A DNA stretch of 61,807 bases from Candidatus Bipolaricaulota bacterium (lineage in GTDB: Bacteria; Bipolaricaulota; Bipolaricaulia; UBA7950; UBA9294). Where the stretch lies: assembly GCA_041302525.1 (NCBI GenBank), contig JBFYQX010000092.1:1-61807 (forward strand), read 5' to 3'. The notes under the pieces are model-generated. The model ran no database searches and was not told the DNA's origin. It saw nothing but the letters and a program-made list of their open reading frames with translations. Positions 57,144 through 61,807 of this stretch are shown one piece after another. A program made the translations under genes and the position numbers. Numbering within the stretch: the stretch's first letter is position 1; every line of letters starts with the position of its first letter.

Positions 57144-57977
57144 GTGGCAACCCGGAAGAGCCAAGCGGAGAGACCCTCCCGGCAACCGCCCGGCGAGGCC
57201 AACCATGACCCTGGCCGTTCGCAACCCACCGGGCGGCCAGGCGAAGGCGATCACCCGCACGCCTTCGCCCCTAGCTGCCCCTTCCGCGAAAGAGGGGCAG
57301 CCTTCCTGGATAGAGACGGAGTCATCAACGACCAAACAGCCTTCGTCAATGCGCCCGACGACTTCCGTCTCCTGCCCGGCGCAGCCGCAGCCATTCGTCG
57401 GCTGAACGAGGCCGGGATCCCGATCGTTGTCGTCACCAACCAAGGCGGCATCGCCCTCGGGTACCTCACCGAAGACGATCTCGCTGCCATCCACGAGCGC
57501 ATGGCCACGCTGCTCGCCGCGGAGGGCGCCCACATCGACAAGGTCTACTATTGCCCGTACTACCCGGGCGGCACAATCCATAGTCCACAAGCCGAAGGCA
57601 GCACCACCCACCCACGGGCTGAGTTCGGCCCTAGGCGCAGCCTCGCGGAAGCTGCGCCCAGGATCTCGGATCGCAAACCCGGTATTGGCATGCTCGAACG
57701 CGCCCGGGATGAACTCGATATCGATCTCGCGCAGTCCTTCCTCGTTGGCGACGCGACAACAGACATCCTCGCCGGCTTTCGCGCCGGCTGCACGACGATC
57801 CTCGTCCAGACCGGCTACGCCGGCGCAGACGGCAAAGTCGTCGCAGAGCCCGACTACACAGTCGCGGATCTGGCAGAAGCAGCAGACCTCATCCTCGGCC
57901 GGGTCATTGCCACGTCGACAACTCCCGCCCAGCCGAGTCCGACTCCATCCAGTCGGGAGAGCCCGACTCGGCCCTAG
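57144..57977 (+). CDS. GmhB/HisB-N-like HAD phosphatase with repeat-derived insertions
   Basis: FLDRDGVIN, VVTNQGG, YYCP, RKP..GM, VGD..TD..AG..AG; true start uncertain. Confidence 0.8.
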   Translation: MATRKSQAERPSRQPPGEANHDPGRSQPTGRPGEGDHPHAFAPSCPFRERGAAFLDRDGVINDQTAFVNAPDDFRLLPGAAAAIRRLNEAGIPIVVVTNQGGIALGYLTEDDLAAIHERMATLLAAEGAHIDKVYYCPYYPGGTIHSPQAEGSTTHPRAEFGPRRSLAEAAPRISDRKPGIGMLERARDELDIDLAQSFLVGDATTDILAGFRAGCTTILVQTGYAGADGKVVAEPDYTVADLAEAADLILGRVIATSTTPAQPSPTPSSRESPTRP

Positions 57978-58159
57978 GCGCTCCGCGGAGCGCCCATGCG
58001 CCGTCTGAGCTGTTCCGCACACCACTGACACCGACGCCGTCGGAGACAAGCTCCGACGCTACGCGGTCTCGGCCTACGGACCACGGATTTCGCCAGGCGA
58101 AGGCATCCAGCCCGAACTGCCGTCGCCCCTAGCCGCACCGCCGTAGGCGATGCGGCCCA
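57240..58159 (+). repeat. Four REP-like elements TCG(G/C)CCCTAG-hairpin-CC(A)
   Basis: CCCTAG at 57269, 57629, 57972 and 58127, each followed by a GC stem (e.g. GCGCAGC/GCTGCGC, GCGCTCC/GGAGCGC). Confidence 0.65.
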
Positions 58160-58202
58160 TTGCGTCCCTCCGCCATCAACGGGTATCATGCGGTCGTTAC
58201 CT

Positions 58203-58278
<76 letters not shown>

Positions 58279-58392
58279 CTTTGAAGCGGACATCCGTGTC
58301 TGGCGCCCGCTTCTTCACTGGAAGCAGGCGCTTCCTCGCTCTCCCGCACACGTGCTTGCGTCTCTGCGAAGCGAGTGAGTCGCATCCCGGGT

Positions 58393-58845
58393 CTAGTGCG
58401 CACGCTCAGGAGATGTCTCGTCAAGCACCGCGGACAGTCGCTGCAGTTCGCGAATCAGCGACTCGAGCTCGGCGCGCCCGAATGCCTTCACGATCCGTTT
58501 GGAGAATGCGGTCTGCTCGGGAGCAATCCCCGCGACGGCGTTCCGTCCTGCCTGCGTCGCTGCCAGCAGAGGAGCGCGTCGGTGCGCCGGGTTGTCCGAT
58601 CTCTCCAAGAGCCCCTCGTCCAAGAGACGATCTGCGACCCGCTGCACCGCCTGTCTCGATATCCCCATCTGCCGACTGATGCCTGAGGCCGTCTGTGGCT
58701 CACGCAGACAGGCGCCGAGCACCTGCCACCAAGCGACGGTGAGGCCGACCGGCCTAGTGAGCGCCTCTCCAGCCCCGAGCATCTGACCGTTCAGCCTGAA
58801 GATGAAAAGGGCGAGTTCACCGCCGAGCGCCGATTCGTCAGCCAT
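58393..58845 (-). CDS. MarR-family transcriptional regulator
   Basis: IFRLNG.ML.AG..L..PVGLT.A.WQVLG, SRQAVQR.A..L...GL, NP.HRRA.L. Confidence 0.9.
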   Translation of the reverse strand: MADESALGGELALFIFRLNGQMLGAGEALTRPVGLTVAWWQVLGACLREPQTASGISRQMGISRQAVQRVADRLLDEGLLERSDNPAHRRAPLLAATQAGRNAVAGIAPEQTAFSKRIVKAFGRAELESLIRELQRLSAVLDETSPERAH

Positions 58846-59461
58846 GGGCAGCGCCTTGCATGAGCCCGAAGAACCCGGCTGGGTTGTGTTCTCCGTAGAG
58901 CAGGTACCAGTTCTCGGCGGTCGCTCTGTTGTAGAACCCCAGCAGGGTGAAGATCTCTCGGGCGAACTCAACCGGAGCGATTCCGGAGGCGGTGATGAGG
59001 TTGCCGTCCGTCACTGCAAGATCATCCTTGTGCCGGGCGGCACCGGTGTACGCAGGGCACTCGAGCGTCTGGACAGCATTGGACGTGTGGGCAACATCGT
59101 TCAGCAGGCCGCCACGTGCTAGGCCAATGGTCGCACCGCAGATAGCAGCCACCGGAACGCCAGCGCCGAGGAACGCTCGCGCTGCTTCAACGAACGCCAT
59201 GTTCTCGCCAGCCAGCCACGTATCCGCTCCGGGAAGAATGAGCATCTCACTGTCCTCCGGCCGTAGATCCGCCAAGACCATGTCAGGCGTCAGCGTAATC
59301 CCAGCCTTGGTGGCAACTGGCTCGGCTGATTCTCCGACGAGCCGGATCTCGTACCTAGTTCGTGGCGAGCTCCAGTCACCCGATCCGAGATGGGCGAGCG
59401 CAAGGCCAGCTTCCCAGTCGGCCCAGGTGTTGTAGATAGCGACATGCACTGTACGACTCAT
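58838..59461 (-). CDS. DJ-1/PfpI family protein (YdeA-like)
   Basis: ADWE, ILPGAD, AAICGA nucleophile elbow, LITASG; SD GGAGGAGG. Confidence 0.9.
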   Translation of the reverse strand: MSRTVHVAIYNTWADWEAGLALAHLGSGDWSSPRTRYEIRLVGESAEPVATKAGITLTPDMVLADLRPEDSEMLILPGADTWLAGENMAFVEAARAFLGAGVPVAAICGATIGLARGGLLNDVAHTSNAVQTLECPAYTGAARHKDDLAVTDGNLITASGIAPVEFAREIFTLLGFYNRATAENWYLLYGEHNPAGFFGLMQGAAHG

Positions 59462-59480
59462 ACTGACCTCCTCCAGCAAC

Positions 59481-59515
59481 GACAACATGTTACCAAGGCG
59501 ACAATCGGTTGTCAA
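59481..59515 (-). promoter_or_regulatory. Promoter with two overlapping GACAA-N4-TT(G/A)(T/C)C operator boxes
   Basis: TTGACA (59515-59510)-17-TAACAT with TG extension; boxes GACAACATGTTACC (59481) and GACAATCGGTTGTC (59500). Confidence 0.7.
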
Positions 59516-59929
59516 AGTAGGTCGTCGCCGTTGAGCTGCCATCGACACAGGCGGCCATGTTCACCCCCACTACGCCGCGTCAACCCGCAGACGCTGTCCT
59601 GGCAACTCAGTAATGAACGACTCTCCTTGGAGTCTGGGTACCCCGTGATCGCCCACCCGTCACCACGTGGCCGCTACCGAACGCGTTCTGCACTCAGTCA
59701 CCCAGGTTCCAAAGCAGAAGCTTTCTTTGGCTCTTCGTTTCCGGTGCCCGGAAGGTGCCGAGTTGCTCACCACGCCGGCCCTCGCCTCTCACGGAGTCCG
59801 GTCTCCGGCTGTACCGGGGCAGCTCACCTCCGAATCCACCGCGTTTCATGCTCCTCGCAGACCAGGCGCTCTGGGCGTCACTGGCGCACCGGCGGCGCGA
59901 GTAGTAGAGTGCCGGTGAGGTGAGACGGC

Positions 59930-60142
59930 ATGGCCAATACGTACACGGCAGTGACCAAGCAAGACGGACCTTGGTGGGTCGGCTGGATCGCCGAGATCCC
60001 AGGGGTCAACTGCCAAGAGCGAACGCGCGAGGAGCTACTCGCCAGCCTCCGGGCGACCCTCACCGAGGCGCTGGCGCTCAATCGGGAGGATGCTGTCCGG
60101 GCCGCAGAGCCGGACTACACCGAAGAACGCGTCACGGTATGA
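59930..60142 (+). CDS. hicB: HicB-family antitoxin (short form)
   Basis: YTAV..QDG.WW.GWIAEIPGVNCQE.TREEL..L..L.EAL. Confidence 0.88.
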   Translation: MANTYTAVTKQDGPWWVGWIAEIPGVNCQERTREELLASLRATLTEALALNREDAVRAAEPDYTEERVTV

Positions 60143-60336
60143 AGCGTGCCGAGCTGCTCAAACACCTCCGCCAGCATGGCTGTTCCTTGGTTCGCGAGGG
60201 GAGCAGCCACTCCTGGTGGGCCAACCCATCCCTGAGTCGCAGGTCATCAGTGCCTCGGCACACCGAAGTGCGCGATGTGCTCGCGCGCAAGATCTGCCGC
60301 GACCTCGGCGTGCCGTGGAAGGCCTCCAAGTCGTGA
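60139..60336 (+). CDS. hicA: HicA-family toxin
   Basis: MKR.ELLKHL...GC..REGSSH, VPRH.E...LARKIC.DL; ATGA overlap with hicB. Confidence 0.9.
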   Translation: MKRAELLKHLRQHGCSLVREGSSHSWWANPSLSRRSSVPRHTEVRDVLARKICRDLGVPWKASKS

Positions 60337-60558
60337 GCACAGGATTGACCACGCGCCGGACTTCATACCCAGCCGCATGCCCCGTCCCGGTATCCCGCGG
60401 CCAGCGAACCTGAGGGACACAGTGTGGACTCCCCCGGGGATCTTCTCGAGTGCAGTACGGAGTCCGTGCCGGTGTCGTCGCCGGTGCGAAACCGAACCGG
60501 CTCGCTGAAGGAGTCGCCAGGCAGCGACACGGCTGTGGATCGCAACGGGCCCACAGCA

Positions 60559-60612
60559 GAGAAGCAGGTTCGCGGAGTGCTCCTGAAGTGCAATCTGCAC
60601 TTGGAGGACTAG
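60559..60612 (+). pseudogene. 3' remnant of a second HicA-like toxin
   Basis: KQVRGVLLKCNLHLED* resembles the C-terminus of HicA-type toxins that precede this HicB type; no matching N-terminus upstream. Confidence 0.45.
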
Positions 60613-60614
60613 CA

Positions 60615-60826
60615 ATGGAGCCAAAGTGCGAGGTCATGATCTTCTGGAGCCACGAGGACAACGCGTTCGTCGCTGAGGTTCCTGAGCTTCCCGGGTGCAT
60701 GGCCGATGGCGAACCTACCAAGAGGCCTTGTCGAACGCCGAACAGGTCATCCGAGAGTGGATCGAGACCGCGAAGGAACTCGGGAGGTCCGTTACGCAGC
60801 CGAAAGGGCGACTCGCCTACGCCTAG
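60615..60826 (+). pseudogene. hicB: Frameshifted HicB-family antitoxin
   Basis: IFWSHEDNAFVAEVPELPGCMADG, then a frameshift near 60712 gives TYQEALSNAEQVIREWIETAKELGR...KGRLAYA*. Confidence 0.8.
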
Positions 60827-60878
60827 AAGGACTGGATAGGAGTCCCCGCTCACTGCTGTTCCTGCACTCTGCGGTGGA

Positions 60879-61807
60879 TCAGACGGCACGCGTCACCACT
60901 CCGCGACGGCCACACGCGACCCCGGATCGGTCCCCAGCCTCCACAGCGACGACCCGATGGTTCCTCATCCCCCCGGCGCCCTCGGGGGCAGGTCGATCTC
61001 CCGCATGCGGAATCGTCACCGCCACACCGCCTCGCTTGTGCCCGCCTTCGACGAAGCGATGGGCTTCGACGATGTCGCTAAGCGAATACGTGCGCCCAAG
61101 AACCGGCGTGATCGTCCCAGCTTCGACAAGTTCCTTGAGTCGCGCCATCCGTTCGGAGCTTAGCTCGAGATCGCCGTCGTCAATCGAGACGTACTTCCCT
61201 CCTGCCGCAAGCGCTTCCCTGCACGCTTTCTTCAGCCTCGACGTCTTGATGCCGCCGACCGAATCGAGCACGAAGTCGTAGCGCACACCCTCCGGTGGCG
61301 CATCAGTCCGTGTGTAGTCGATCACCTGATCTGCGCCAAGCGACCTCATGAGGTCGATGTTCGACGTGCTACACACGCCCGTCACGATTGCACCGAGGTG
61401 CTTTGCGCATTGCACGGCAATCGTGCCAGACGTCCCCGACGCTCCGTAGATGAGGACCTGGTCGCCGGCCTGGATGTTCCCCTTCTCGACATACTGAAGC
61501 GCCAGCAATCCTCCGTATGCGGCCGCGGTCGACTCCTCGTGTGTGAGGTTCTCTGGCTTGAGCGCCAGGCACCCATGCCAACGTGAGTCCGTTTCCTTCA
61601 TGCACCGGTACTCCGCATATGCGCCCAGGCGAAATCCTGTCGTTCCATACACCTCATCGCCCGGCTTGAACCGCGAAGCCCTCGCGCCTACTTCGTCCAC
61701 AACACCGGAAAAGACGAACCCGACAACAGGATGCCGTGGTTTGGTGATCCCCATCATCAGACGAAATGGAACCTGGAGCGCGGGCGTCACGCGCGCCGAT
61801 CGGATGA
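60879..61807 (-). CDS. NAD(P)-dependent alcohol dehydrogenase / quinone reductase (MDR), 5'-partial
   Basis: KP..PV.G..FSG.V..VG, GD.VYG, GASGTSG, GADQVIDYT, GHKRGGVAVTI; frame is open to the window end. Confidence 0.88.
   Translation of the reverse strand, partial: IRSARVTPALQVPFRLMMGITKPRHPVVGFVFSGVVDEVGARASRFKPGDEVYGTTGFRLGAYAEYRCMKETDSRWHGCLALKPENLTHEESTAAAYGGLLALQYVEKGNIQAGDQVLIYGASGTSGTIAVQCAKHLGAIVTGVCSTSNIDLMRSLGADQVIDYTRTDAPPEGVRYDFVLDSVGGIKTSRLKKACREALAAGGKYVSIDDGDLELSSERMARLKELVEAGTITPVLGRTYSLSDIVEAHRFVEGGHKRGGVAVTIPHAGDRPAPEGAGGMRNHRVVAVEAGDRSGVACGRRGVVTRAV

Noticed and set aside
57205-57405. Short ORF with ATG as the true start of the GmhB-like gene via frameshift
   Set aside because: Different frame, no slippery sequence, and the peptide has no HAD similarity; the start remains unresolved.
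53322-58049. 1575-aa minus-strand ORF
   Set aside because: Antisense shadow of pgm/leuS/GmhB-like genes; no motifs; typical of GC-rich DNA.
59550-59900. Candidate small ORFs between DJ-1 and hicB
   Set aside because: No SD, motif or family resemblance in any frame that I could support.

Overview
A GC-rich bacterial chromosomal segment, mostly core genes, with no prophage or CRISPR array. The gene set suggests a deep-branching anaerobe such as Bipolaricaulota/Acetothermia; this is an inference and no search was run. In order, it holds: an amino-acid oxidation module with an M42 peptidase; a TPP-riboswitch thiN-thiXYZ operon; mutL; a catalytic-domain-only tyrosine recombinase preceded by an 11-6-11 dif-like palindrome; a MoxR/DUF58/vWA operon; tRNA-Pro-dnaX-ebfC; rnpB; rpe-ribD; tRNA-Val with two decayed tRNA copies and spacer repeats; a long minus-strand run rplU-(prp-like)-rpmA-obg-nadD-infC-rpmI-rplT-folB-folK-rng; metG; pgm; leuS; a GmhB-like gene carrying structured repeats; tRNA-Ala; and an accessory tail (MarR, DJ-1/PfpI, HicAB and relics). 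The best candidate for a new system is the coupled operon at 42052-52286. It reads subtilase(+T9SS-type C-terminal domain), PorV-like, subtilase(+CTD), PorV-like, then a 1355-aa SprA-like barrel protein with an inserted beta-propeller, i.e. a compact type IX-like secretion module with apparent cargo/shuttle pairs. Other notable signals are probable ATC starts for both infC and rng, several apparently leaderless genes, a Prp-like protein lacking its catalytic residues beside a leaderless-type L27, and a roughly 110-aa insertion in LeuRS.
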